From NCBI GenBank assembly GCA_937875295.1, contig CALLXS010000013.1, positions 1 to 51,145 of the forward strand: a stretch of 51,145 nucleotides of DNA, in the 5' to 3' direction. The notes beneath the pieces were generated by a model that worked only from the letters and a program-made list of their open reading frames with translations, made no database searches and was not told the origin of the DNA. Origin of the DNA: an uncultured bacterium (GTDB taxonomy: Bacteria > Bacteroidota > Ignavibacteria > Kapaibacteriales > UBA2268). The position numbers and the translations under genes are program-made. Below are positions 1 to 9,585 of this stretch, piece by piece. Positions within the stretch are counted from its first letter, which is position 1. Each line of letters starts with the position of its first letter.

Positions 1-153
1 AGCTTATGGGAAGCTAATATGGAGCTATTACATAAAAAACCTGCTATGAACCTGTTTGACAAAGGATGGAGGATTTATTCAAAGATAATTTGGAAAATAC
101 TCTTACGTCAGACAAAGTATTATCCTCAGACCAATATACAGTTGGTGATATAA
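1..153 (+). pseudogene. GlgC-like (glucose-1-phosphate adenylyltransferase) internal fragment, open at the window edge and terminating prematurely
   Basis: Frame +1 reads SLWEANMELLHKKPAMNLFDKGWRIYS. This matches the conserved SLWEANMDLL ... W(R/K)IYS block found about two-thirds of the way through bacterial GlgC. Similarity ends near nt 81 and the frame stops at TAA 151-153 with no C-terminal left-handed beta-helix domain. It overlaps the next ORF by 88 nt. Confidence 0.45.
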
Positions 154-1739
154 TCGAACCTGATTATTATTACCTAGGACCTGGAGATATCTTATCATAT
201 ATTAATTTCAGCGAAAGCAGTAAACAGCAATTTCTTATGGTTACTCCTGAAATGTCGGTTTACGTACCAAGAGCAGGTGAAATTTCTGTGAAAGGGCTAT
301 CCTTAGCTGAAGCAAAAGAATCTATAACAAAAAAAATCAAAGAAATCCAAAGTAATGCAATTATTAATTTATCTATATATAAACCCCGGAAAATATTATT
401 TAGCATAAGTGGACATTCCATTTATGAAGGGAATTATTCACTACCAGCATCTTTTAGGATCTCGACAGCTCTTTCTGCAGTTGAAAATATGTCTAAATCA
501 AACGAAAAGAATATGACTGTGAATTATAATATTGAAAGAAATGCAGAAAAAAATAGATTATTGAAGCAACAATATGAAGGTAGCGGAATAGGAAGTAATT
601 TAGATTATAATTCGCGTTTTATAATTCGAATTAGACAAAATGGGAAAGTAGATCACGTAGATATTGAAAAATCACGTGTAACAGGCGATATCAGTTTAAA
701 TCCTTATATACAAGAAAATGACAAGATCGTATTACCTTTTCCTGATGAAAATGCTTATTATGTCTCAGTCGCTGGAGAAGTAAATTTCCCTACACAAATT
801 CCTTATCGTGAAGGCGACAAAATTTCTGAATTAATTCTTATGGCCGGTAGCTTCACAAAAGATGCTGATTTTAATAATATAAAGTTGATTGGTAATAACA
901 ATTCAATTAAAAGTATTAGCTATGATGAAGTAAATCAGAAATATAGCGATGACTTTATTCAGCCGGGTAATGGAATAATCGTAGGTAGCAAGCAAAGCGT
1001 ACAAGCAGGCATAAGTAATAATAATATTTCTTTCGTTTCTGTGCAAGGTGAAGTAAAAAAACCTGGTATTTATCAAATCAAAGAAGGAGAGACAAAGATA
1101 AAAGACATAATAGAACTTGCTGGAGGATTTACTAATGAAGCATATTTGCCACTTGCAAAAGTGATACGCCCTAAGAGTACTATTGAAAAGGGAAAATTCG
1201 ATGATGAATTTCTTAAGTTCTTTAAAACAAGCGATCTTACTTTGGAAGACTCCACTCGCACAAAAAGCATCTTAAATTTCACTGTACCACTTGTTTCGTG
1301 TAGCTTAGTAGATTTATATGTAAATAATAGTGAAGATGATAATGTTAAATTAAAAGGTAATGATATCATCAGAATACCTAAAAACCCAAAAACAGTTTAT
1401 ATCGCAGGATATGTACAAAAACCCGGTTATATAGAATTTGAACCTGGAAAAGATATGCAGTGGTATATTGAAAAAGCTGGAGGCTTATCGAGCGGCGGGA
1501 AAATGAGCAGAGCAAGAGTAATTCGCGGAAATAATCAAATATGGGTAAAAGGCTCAAGTAAAGATTTTGTGTATGCCGGCGATCAAATTTATGTGCCAAC
1601 AAATCCGGACAATCCGCCAGGAACTGATATTCAAAAATATAGCTTAATTATATCTGCATTATTTGCTGCTCTATCTATGGCTGGAATTATTATGCAGGTA
1701 TTAAATTATAATTTAGATAAGAGAAATTCAACAAAATAA
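66..1739 (+). CDS. Polysaccharide export protein (Wza/BexD-like, Poly_export + SLBB domains), paralogue 1, no signal peptide
   Basis: Has the Poly_export-type motif YYLGPGDILSY and repeated SLBB-like segments (VSVAGEVNFPTQIPY, VSVQGEVKKPGIYQI, VYIAGYVQKPGYIEF). Has a C-terminal hydrophobic helix LIISALFAALSMAGIIMQVL. The N-terminus MEDLFKDNLEN is hydrophilic, and all frames upstream of nt 66 are closed. Confidence 0.8.
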   Translation: MEDLFKDNLENTLTSDKVLSSDQYTVGDIIEPDYYYLGPGDILSYINFSESSKQQFLMVTPEMSVYVPRAGEISVKGLSLAEAKESITKKIKEIQSNAIINLSIYKPRKILFSISGHSIYEGNYSLPASFRISTALSAVENMSKSNEKNMTVNYNIERNAEKNRLLKQQYEGSGIGSNLDYNSRFIIRIRQNGKVDHVDIEKSRVTGDISLNPYIQENDKIVLPFPDENAYYVSVAGEVNFPTQIPYREGDKISELILMAGSFTKDADFNNIKLIGNNNSIKSISYDEVNQKYSDDFIQPGNGIIVGSKQSVQAGISNNNISFVSVQGEVKKPGIYQIKEGETKIKDIIELAGGFTNEAYLPLAKVIRPKSTIEKGKFDDEFLKFFKTSDLTLEDSTRTKSILNFTVPLVSCSLVDLYVNNSEDDNVKLKGNDIIRIPKNPKTVYIAGYVQKPGYIEFEPGKDMQWYIEKAGGLSSGGKMSRARVIRGNNQIWVKGSSKDFVYAGDQIYVPTNPDNPPGTDIQKYSLIISALFAALSMAGIIMQVLNYNLDKRNSTK

Positions 1740-1757
1740 ACCTAATTTTATAAAAAA

Positions 1758-3404
1758 ATGAAAAATAAAAGTATTTTATTAATTTCGGTATTTATTTTTT
1801 GTATTAGTTCTGAAATCTTATTTGCGCAATATGATAAAGTGTCTGTAACTAATCCTGTTTATTCTTTCCTTGAACGTGCTGAGGCAAAGGGATTTTTGCC
1901 TAATAAATCATTAGCCTTAAAGCCACTAATGCGATATGAAATTATCGAGGCATTAAAATTAATTCGTAAGAATGAGAATGAATTATCTGAATTTGATTTG
2001 CAAATATTAAAGAAATTTGAGAAGTATTTTGAAATTATAGATGAAGAAAAATTAGTTTTATTCTATAGTCCACACGACAGCTCTCAAGTATTTTCCAAAA
2101 GGATATTTGATGACAATCCTAAATATGTATATCATTATGATGATTCTGAACATAATTTATATATCGCCCCATTAATAATATTAGAAGATATTTTAAAAGT
2201 GCAGAATAACTCGACTGATAATGTATTTTATGGAAATATTGGGCTTCGCACATTTGGGACTTTAGGCAATCTTTTGGGATATAATTTGCAATTCACTAAT
2301 GGTTTAGTTTTAACAGGAAATAGGGAAATATTAAAATTAGATAAAAATATTTCTGGTAATTTGAAATTTATGGAATTAAATAGCGATTTTGATTTTGTGG
2401 AATCAGGCGTTAATTTAAAATATAAATGGTTAAATATCAGCATAGCAAAAGAAGCAAGACAATGGGGAAGCGGTGTGATGAGTTCGTTTTATTTATCTGA
2501 TGATGCTCAACCATTTACTGCTATAAATATTGGAGTAAATTTTAATATTTTTAGTTATTTATATACCCATGGTAGTCTAATAAGTTATTATCCGGATAGT
2601 GTCCGCACTGGCTTTAATGCTGTAGTCCCCGATAGAAATTTAACTATGCATCGATTATCAATCAAACCTGAATGGGGAGAATTTGCCGTCTGGGAGGGAA
2701 TAGTATATTCTAAGCGTGGAATTGATGTGAATTACTTAAATCCACTTAGTTTTTATAAATCTCTTGAGCATTATTTACGCGATAGAGATAATTCACTGCT
2801 TGGATTTGATTTTACAGTTCGCCCAGTAAAGAACATTGAATTAAAAGGTACATTTATTCTTGATGATATTATATATCGCAGAATTGGCAAAAATTATTGG
2901 TCAAATAAAACAGCATGGAATGCCGGAATTTTGTATTCTCCAAAGCTACCAATCGATTTAGGCTTTGAATATTCAAGGATAGAACCATATACATTTTCTC
3001 ATTTCGATATATTAAATAATTATACAAATGATAGACATTTATTAAATTCAGGAATGCAACCCAATTCTGACCAATTTGCTGGTATTATAAGGTTCTGGTG
3101 GGGCGAGAAAATTCCACTTAAATTTAAAGTTGCATATATACGGCACGGCGAAAATATTTATGATGAAAATGGAAAATTAATTCGTAATGTAGGTGGTGAT
3201 TTTAATAATGCCAGATATATTAATGATTCTGAATTTGTTTATTTTTTAGATGGCATTAGAAATGATGTTATTGCTTGTGAGTTTAATATTGGATATGAAA
3301 TATTCAGAGACTGCTATTTAAAGGGAACATATAATTATTATAAAAGTCAGCTCCAACCGGAATACCATTTATTAAGGTTGTCAATTAATTATGAAAATTT
3401 TTAA
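1758..3404 (+). CDS. Wzi-like capsule-assembly outer-membrane protein (tentative)
   Basis: Signal peptide MKNKSILLISVFIFCISSEILFAQ. The N-terminal segment NPVYSFLERAEAKGFL resembles the Wzi helical bundle. The rest is long, beta-rich and Y/G/N-rich, ending in an aromatic residue (INYENF). It lies 18 nt downstream of a Wza-like gene. Confidence 0.5.
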   Translation: MKNKSILLISVFIFCISSEILFAQYDKVSVTNPVYSFLERAEAKGFLPNKSLALKPLMRYEIIEALKLIRKNENELSEFDLQILKKFEKYFEIIDEEKLVLFYSPHDSSQVFSKRIFDDNPKYVYHYDDSEHNLYIAPLIILEDILKVQNNSTDNVFYGNIGLRTFGTLGNLLGYNLQFTNGLVLTGNREILKLDKNISGNLKFMELNSDFDFVESGVNLKYKWLNISIAKEARQWGSGVMSSFYLSDDAQPFTAINIGVNFNIFSYLYTHGSLISYYPDSVRTGFNAVVPDRNLTMHRLSIKPEWGEFAVWEGIVYSKRGIDVNYLNPLSFYKSLEHYLRDRDNSLLGFDFTVRPVKNIELKGTFILDDIIYRRIGKNYWSNKTAWNAGILYSPKLPIDLGFEYSRIEPYTFSHFDILNNYTNDRHLLNSGMQPNSDQFAGIIRFWWGEKIPLKFKVAYIRHGENIYDENGKLIRNVGGDFNNARYINDSEFVYFLDGIRNDVIACEFNIGYEIFRDCYLKGTYNYYKSQLQPEYHLLRLSINYENF

Positions 3405-3699
3405 ATAATTACTTTGAGCAAATACCTTAATTTCTTTTTCTTGACTATGCAAAAGTTCCTTATTCGACGTATATAGCAGAAATTACTATTATTTTAGATA
3501 ATTGAGTTTATTTAAATTATTTATGTTACTTATCGTTTTATTAGACGTTATAATCCTATCTTATTAATTATAATAATAAAATTCATATATTTTTTTTATT
3601 TTGATAAGAGTTAATTTTAAGAATATTTCCATTTGATGCTAAATTTTGTTAATTTTGTAGTTTGTGCGAAGTAACTTTTATTAAATTAAGGCTTTTATA

Positions 3700-5181
3700 A
3701 TGGCTAAACCTCTAAGTATTTTATATGTATCTAGTGAATTGTTTCCATTTGCAAAAATAGGTGGAATAGGCGATGTCGCTTATTCACTTCCTATTGCTAT
3801 TCGAGAAGAGGGGCATGATATTCGCGTGATGATGCCCAAATATGGTATTATTTCAGAACGGAGGAATAAAATCCACGAAATTAACCGGCTGAAAGATATG
3901 GAAATCCATATTGGAGATGATACATATTTAGCTACAGTAAAATCATCATCGATAGTTACTTCAAAAATAAAAGTGCAAGCATATATTTCTACTAATAATG
4001 AATATTTTGAGTCAAGAAAAGGTATATATGCTGATCTAAAGACAAGTATTGATTATCCTGATAATGATGAAAGATTTACATTCTTTAGCAAAACTGTAGT
4101 AGAGACATGCAATATGCTCGGATGGGTGCCAGATATAATACATGCTAATGATTGGCAGACAGGGTTAATTGCTGCTTTTGCAAAATTACAATATCCAAAG
4201 AAATTTGCTAAAACTCGCTTTATCCTTACAATTCATAATGTTGCTTATCAAGGTGAATATCCTAAAGAATTTTTCAGTAAATTGTTAATTCCAGAAAAAG
4301 AAAAGGACAAATTCATTCATAATGGTAAACTTAATTTCCTTAAAGCTGGGATATTATTTGCAGATGCTGTAAATACTGTTTCTCATTCTTATTGCGATGA
4401 AATTATTAATGGAGACACGCCATCAAATGGATTAAATGAAATTTTAAAATCTATGCCTAAGAAATTTTATGGTATTATTAATGGTATAGATGTAGAAGGC
4501 TGGAACCCTAAAACTGATAAAAAAATCCATTTTCCATTAGAAGATGATATAATAAAATATAAATTAGAGAATAAAAAATTTATTTTAGAGCAATTTAAAC
4601 TCGAACATAATGAAAATATTCCTTTAATTGGTCTATCTCTTAGGCTTAATGAACAAAGAGGGATCGATGTCTTGCTTAAAGCTCTTCCTAAAATTTTAGA
4701 GCAAAATGTACAAGTGATCCTCACAGGAGACGGCGAAGCAAAATATAAAGATGAGATTAAGACAATTCAAGAAAAGTATAGCGATAATTTTGCATATAAA
4801 TTTGGATATGATGAAACTACTACTCATTATTTAGAAGCTGGGAGCGATTTCTTCTTAATACCAAGCAAGTGTGAACCTTGCGGACTAAATGCTATGTATT
4901 CTATAATTTACGGTACTGTACCTATAGTTCATTGCGTAGGAGGTTTGAATGAGATAGTACAAGATTATAACCCAAAGAATGAAGAAGGAAATGGATTTAA
5001 ATTTGAAGATTTGAATACTAAGTCTATCATCAGTACTATTAAAAAAGCATTAAAACTATATAACAATAAGGATAAATGGTATGCATTCTTAGAGAAAAAT
5101 ATGCAAACTGATTATTCTTGGAAAGATTCCGTTAAGGAATATATTAACATGTATTTTAATGCTCTAAAAGACAAAGAATAA
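3700..5181 (+). CDS. glgA: Glycogen/starch synthase
   Basis: N-terminal ILYVSSELFPFAKIGGIGDVAYSLP (the K-x-GGL-x-DV type motif), HANDWQTGL, and C-terminal PSKCEPCGLNAMYSIIYGTVPIV (GT5 signature). Length of 493 aa is typical. Confidence 0.93.
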   Translation: MAKPLSILYVSSELFPFAKIGGIGDVAYSLPIAIREEGHDIRVMMPKYGIISERRNKIHEINRLKDMEIHIGDDTYLATVKSSSIVTSKIKVQAYISTNNEYFESRKGIYADLKTSIDYPDNDERFTFFSKTVVETCNMLGWVPDIIHANDWQTGLIAAFAKLQYPKKFAKTRFILTIHNVAYQGEYPKEFFSKLLIPEKEKDKFIHNGKLNFLKAGILFADAVNTVSHSYCDEIINGDTPSNGLNEILKSMPKKFYGIINGIDVEGWNPKTDKKIHFPLEDDIIKYKLENKKFILEQFKLEHNENIPLIGLSLRLNEQRGIDVLLKALPKILEQNVQVILTGDGEAKYKDEIKTIQEKYSDNFAYKFGYDETTTHYLEAGSDFFLIPSKCEPCGLNAMYSIIYGTVPIVHCVGGLNEIVQDYNPKNEEGNGFKFEDLNTKSIISTIKKALKLYNNKDKWYAFLEKNMQTDYSWKDSVKEYINMYFNALKDKE

Positions 5182-5193
5182 TAATATTTAACA

Positions 5194-6465
5194 ATGAATA
5201 AATTAATAATTTTAAGTTTTTCCATTCTAGTAATAGTACTTTCATCTTGTAATGAAGCACCTACTGAAATCGGATTCCCATTTATCAATGACACAATTAG
5301 CGTAGAAGCAATATCTTCGATTGATAATCCATTTATTGTGGAACAAAAGGTTTTTAAACAACATGTCCATTATATAAATATGGCTGGCTTTTTAGTTGGT
5401 AAATCTGGAGATTTTCAATCAATGACTTTTATTAGATTTGTTGCTCCAAAGGATACTTTTAAATATATCACCCCGGATAAAATAATTTCAAGTAAAGTTA
5501 CATTAAAAGCTTTAAAATATGTATATGGCGATGCAAGCGCTCCACTAGCTTTTTCTGTATATGATGTTAATAAACTCTGGACTCCGAAGACAAGTTGGGA
5601 TTCAGTTTTTAACTCCAATATCGATTATATTAATTTAAATAGAAAAATTGGTGAATACAACTCAATCGTAAATGTAATAGATACTGGTGAATATATTTCT
5701 TTTGATTTAGATAAAGAAATTACTAGTGAATGGATGAAATTCGGTAACGATACTACTCAGTATATAAATAAAGGTATTGCCCTATTACCAAATGAAAATT
5801 CTAAAAATATTAGGAAATTCGATGGACCTACAATTTCAGACGATCCAGCAAAATACTATTACTCTGAGTTAAATATTCATTATTATAATGCTGACAATAT
5901 AATTGATAGTATAAAGCTGATTTCAGCAATGGAATATAGCTTATCAGATGCGCCAGCTGATTTTAATGAGACTGATATTGTACTACAAGGAGCTGTACAA
6001 TACAACACAGAATTACATTTTGATTTATCAACCTTACCTAATAATATAGCAATTCATTCTGCAAGCCTCGAATTAAATTTAGACTTAAATAAGTCAAAAT
6101 TATCAAACAATAGTACCGATAGCTTGAGAGATAATGAAATTATTGCAACTTATAGACGTGCTTCCGGTGCAGATACTTCTACAGTTTATGAGAAAACTGT
6201 AACGCCTGCTTATGGACAAAAAACAAGTAATTTTATTAGTTATAATTTTGAAATATTTACTTTTATTGTAGAACAATGGATTCTGCGTGATCAGAAAAAA
6301 GGAATTGTATTGCTATCCAAAGCACCAATTGACAAGCTCTACAATACAATAGATAGATATATTTTCCACGGGATAAATGATCCTGATATTAATCTAAGAC
6401 CAAAATTAAAAATAATATATTCCGTTAGACCTAATTACTCTCAAAATAAAAAAGGAGCTAAATAA
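5194..6465 (+). CDS. Lipoprotein of unknown function (possibly DUF4270-like)
   Basis: Signal peptide with lipobox LSSC (MNKLIILSFSILVIVLSSC). Starts 12 nt after glgA, and its stop overlaps the next start (TAATG at 6463-6467). The DUF4270 idea rests only on my recollection that such lipoproteins neighbour glgA in Bacteroidota. Confidence 0.55.
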   Translation: MNKLIILSFSILVIVLSSCNEAPTEIGFPFINDTISVEAISSIDNPFIVEQKVFKQHVHYINMAGFLVGKSGDFQSMTFIRFVAPKDTFKYITPDKIISSKVTLKALKYVYGDASAPLAFSVYDVNKLWTPKTSWDSVFNSNIDYINLNRKIGEYNSIVNVIDTGEYISFDLDKEITSEWMKFGNDTTQYINKGIALLPNENSKNIRKFDGPTISDDPAKYYYSELNIHYYNADNIIDSIKLISAMEYSLSDAPADFNETDIVLQGAVQYNTELHFDLSTLPNNIAIHSASLELNLDLNKSKLSNNSTDSLRDNEIIATYRRASGADTSTVYEKTVTPAYGQKTSNFISYNFEIFTFIVEQWILRDQKKGIVLLSKAPIDKLYNTIDRYIFHGINDPDINLRPKLKIIYSVRPNYSQNKKGAK

Positions 6466-7700
6466 TGAGAAAAATAAATCTAATTATCGCCTTTTTTATT
6501 TTAGCTAATATTCAATTATTTGCACAGGGCGGATCAAATTATTCAATTTTCGGAGTGGGAGATATTCAAAATAGTCACTCAGCTCGATTTGAAGCTATTG
6601 GAGGTACTTCTATAGCTATTCCTTCACCTTATGCTATTAATCTTAAAAATCCGGCACAATGGGCAAATGTAATGACCACACGTATTCAAGCCGGATATAA
6701 TTATAATTTAAGAAATATAGAGCAGGGAATTGACAACATGTATCAGAGCAATGCAGCAGTAAATCAAATTATGGGGATATTTGCTATTGATACTTCTAAG
6801 GGAATTGCAGCTTCATTTGGAGTTGTACCATATAGTTCAGTGAATTATTTGGTTAAAAAACACGAAAGAATTAGTGATAATAATTTTGATATCGCTGGGG
6901 AATCGTTATATCAAGGAAGTGGTGGTATATCGCAAGCATTTTTAGGATTATCTACTAAAATATTTAATTGGTTTAAAGTTGGATTATCATTCAGTACATT
7001 TTTTGGAAAGTCAAATCAAAGTATAAATACTGTATTTTATGATTATATTAACCAAAATCAAATAAATCGAAAAAGCACAATTAATAGAGGATTCCTCTTA
7101 AAAGGTGGGTTAGTCCTTGAACCAATAAAAAACTTATATTTTGGATTTATCTATGATAAGGTACTGAGTACTAAAAGTGAAACTGAAATTTACTTTGATG
7201 GAACTTATAATTATGTTACTAATGATTCAACACATTCATATACTTTAGATGCTAAATTACCTGATTCTTATGGCGTAGGTATTGGGTATCAATTAAATGA
7301 ATATATTTTTGGTGCTGACTTCACTATGCAGGATTTTTCTAATTTTACTTTGAATAAAAATGATAAATTTGAATATAGGAATTCCTTTAATGCAAGTGCC
7401 GGAATATCTCGCATAGGTCAGGGTGGCTTTAGAAAAACTTTTTTTGATAAAGTTACTTATAATTTAGGTGTGGGCTATAAACAATTATATTATAAAGTCT
7501 TTGGACAAGATATAAATGAATATTATGGGAGCTTTGGCTTGGATATTCCTGTGTCAAATTATTTCTGGATTAATACAGCTTTCACTTTTGGTGTGAGAGG
7601 TGTAAATGAAAATAATGCCATTAAAGAGACTTTCGGCAGATTGAATGTAAATTTAAGCATTGGCGAAACTTGGTTCAAACCATTTAGTGATGAATTGTAA
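6465..7700 (+). CDS. FadL/PorV-like outer-membrane beta-barrel protein (tentative)
   Basis: Signal peptide MRKINLIIAFFILANIQLFAQ. The N-terminal ARFEAIGGTSIAIPSPYAINLKNPAQ resembles the G-x-GGA...NPA motif of FadL/PorV-type barrels. Shows an alternating beta-strand pattern with many G/Y/F/N residues. Confidence 0.5.
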   Translation: MRKINLIIAFFILANIQLFAQGGSNYSIFGVGDIQNSHSARFEAIGGTSIAIPSPYAINLKNPAQWANVMTTRIQAGYNYNLRNIEQGIDNMYQSNAAVNQIMGIFAIDTSKGIAASFGVVPYSSVNYLVKKHERISDNNFDIAGESLYQGSGGISQAFLGLSTKIFNWFKVGLSFSTFFGKSNQSINTVFYDYINQNQINRKSTINRGFLLKGGLVLEPIKNLYFGFIYDKVLSTKSETEIYFDGTYNYVTNDSTHSYTLDAKLPDSYGVGIGYQLNEYIFGADFTMQDFSNFTLNKNDKFEYRNSFNASAGISRIGQGGFRKTFFDKVTYNLGVGYKQLYYKVFGQDINEYYGSFGLDIPVSNYFWINTAFTFGVRGVNENNAIKETFGRLNVNLSIGETWFKPFSDEL

Positions 7701-7866
7701 ATGGATTTCTTCCATTAATTTATAATTCTTATGCTAAATATTAATATGAAAATTATAATATTAAATAAATCGTTAATTTGTGAAATAATTTTTTGCTACA
7801 GTTAGCGATTTTTTTTAATTTAATAAAAAATAAAATAGTATCAAAATTAAAAATGGAGACGCAAAA

Positions 7867-8613
7867 TTGAATATATTGGTGTGTTTATCACGCGTACCTG
7901 ATACAAATTCCAAACTTGTTATTTCAGACGATAATAAATCAATCAATAAAAGCACAAAATATGTGATGAATCCTTATGATGAGTATGCTCTCGAGGAAGC
8001 ATTGCAGATTAGAACTAAATACGGTGGCATTATTACTGCAATTACAGTCGGAAATGAGGTGTCAGAAGATATATTACGTTCAGCTTATGCTCTTGGAGTG
8101 GAAAAAGCTGTAATAATTAAAAGTGAAAATAATTTAAATTCTTCATTTCAAGTTGCTTCAGCAATAGCACTCTTTGCCGAAACACAAAGTTTTGATTTAA
8201 TTTTATGCGGAAATCAAAGTATTGACTATTCTTCTGAATCAATTCCAATATTTTTATCTGAAATTCTAAATGTACCAGCTCTAACTTCCGCTATGAAAAT
8301 TGAAATCAATGATTCTTTAGTAACTGTCGATAAAGAAATAAATGATGGTACTATAAAAATGGAAACTTCACTTCCATGCATAATTTCGGTACAAAAAGGT
8401 ATTAATCAACCACGCTATCCGAAATTACCTGATATTATGAAATCAAAAAAGAAACCAATAAGCGATTTCCAAGCTCATATAAAAAATTCAAAAATTAATG
8501 CTTTTGAGCTTAAAATTAATAAAAAAGAGAGAATCGGAAAAATTGTTGGCGATTCAAAAGAAGAGATTATTGAAATTATTGAATTATTGAAAACTGAAGC
8601 AAAAGTATTATAA
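7867..8613 (+). CDS. etfB: Electron transfer flavoprotein subunit beta
   Basis: TTG start 8 nt after a GGAG. Contains NILVCLSRVPDT and MNPYDEYALEEAL, typical of the EtfB N-terminus. Followed directly by etfA. Confidence 0.88.
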   Translation: MNILVCLSRVPDTNSKLVISDDNKSINKSTKYVMNPYDEYALEEALQIRTKYGGIITAITVGNEVSEDILRSAYALGVEKAVIIKSENNLNSSFQVASAIALFAETQSFDLILCGNQSIDYSSESIPIFLSEILNVPALTSAMKIEINDSLVTVDKEINDGTIKMETSLPCIISVQKGINQPRYPKLPDIMKSKKKPISDFQAHIKNSKINAFELKINKKERIGKIVGDSKEEIIEIIELLKTEAKVL

Positions 8614-8622
8614 AAGGCAATT

Positions 8623-9585
8623 ATGAAAAAAATAATAACATATATTAAAAATGCTGATACACAACTAAAAGCTTATAATAAAGAAATTATAATAATATCA
8701 AATTCTATTGCAAAAGCAAACAATTTAGGAAATTATATTGTAGGAGCTAATTTATCAGAAAACGAATTATCTGAAATAATGAAAATTTCATCAGCACAGA
8801 TAATCAATATTAAAATTAATTCTGAACTTTTAGGAGATGATGTGTATCTCTCGCTAATTATTAATGAAATTTGCAGAAAAAATGATATTGATTTAGTTAT
8901 TATTTCATCTTTTCAGAATGAACTTGCTCCAAGATTAGCTTATAAATTAAACGCCGAATTCATTGCTAATATTTTTAAATTAGAGATTAAAAATAATAAA
9001 CTATATTCAACTAAATCCATTATGTCTGGCAGAGCTATTCAAACAGATGAAATTACTTCTGAAAAGTGCGTATTTACTGTATTACCTAAATTATTTGAGA
9101 TTAATGATATAAATAATCTAGTCGAAGAAAGTAATAATTTACCAATTATTGAGTATTCTCCGGATTTTGAATATTTACCTAAAGTAAAAGTAATTAGCAA
9201 AGAAAAAGAGTCTAAAACTACTAACATAAGCGAAGCAAATATTATAGTGTCTGCCGGCAGAGGCATTAAAGAAGAAAATAATCATGAAATAATAAGTGAA
9301 CTTGCAAATAAATTAGGAGCTGCAGTCGGGGCAAGCCGTGCGATAGTTGACAATAATTGGAGACCTCATAGCGAACAGGTAGGTCAAACAGGGAAAATCG
9401 TTAATCCTGATTTATATATTGCGTGTGGTATTTCTGGTGCTATTCAGCATTTAGCAGGAATGAATAATTCAAAATATATTTTAGCAATTAATTCTGATAA
9501 AGATGCACCTATTTTTGAATATGCCGACTATGGTATTGTCGGAGATTTAAATACCGTGATCCCAAAGATTATTGAATATTTGTAA
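8623..9585 (+). CDS. etfA: Electron transfer flavoprotein subunit alpha
   Basis: C-terminal FAD-binding signature VGASRAIVDNNW...QVGQTGKIVNPDLYIACGISGAIQHLAGM. Confidence 0.92.
   Translation: MKKIITYIKNADTQLKAYNKEIIIISNSIAKANNLGNYIVGANLSENELSEIMKISSAQIINIKINSELLGDDVYLSLIINEICRKNDIDLVIISSFQNELAPRLAYKLNAEFIANIFKLEIKNNKLYSTKSIMSGRAIQTDEITSEKCVFTVLPKLFEINDINNLVEESNNLPIIEYSPDFEYLPKVKVISKEKESKTTNISEANIIVSAGRGIKEENNHEIISELANKLGAAVGASRAIVDNNWRPHSEQVGQTGKIVNPDLYIACGISGAIQHLAGMNNSKYILAINSDKDAPIFEYADYGIVGDLNTVIPKIIEYL

Noticed and set aside
1073-1602. Antisense ORFs 1073-1369 and 1378-1602 inside the first exporter gene
   Set aside because: Both are fully nested antisense to a gene with clear domain motifs. 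Their translations are low-complexity (L/S/F-rich) with no motifs. This is typical frame noise in AT-rich coding DNA.
3640-3665. Bacteroidota-style TAnnTTTG -7 promoter motif upstream of glgA (TAATTTTG at 3650-3657), and a similar one at 28947-28954
   Set aside because: The 8-mer is expected frequently by chance in this AT-rich DNA. The promoter consensus for this lineage is unknown to me, so I did not list these as features.
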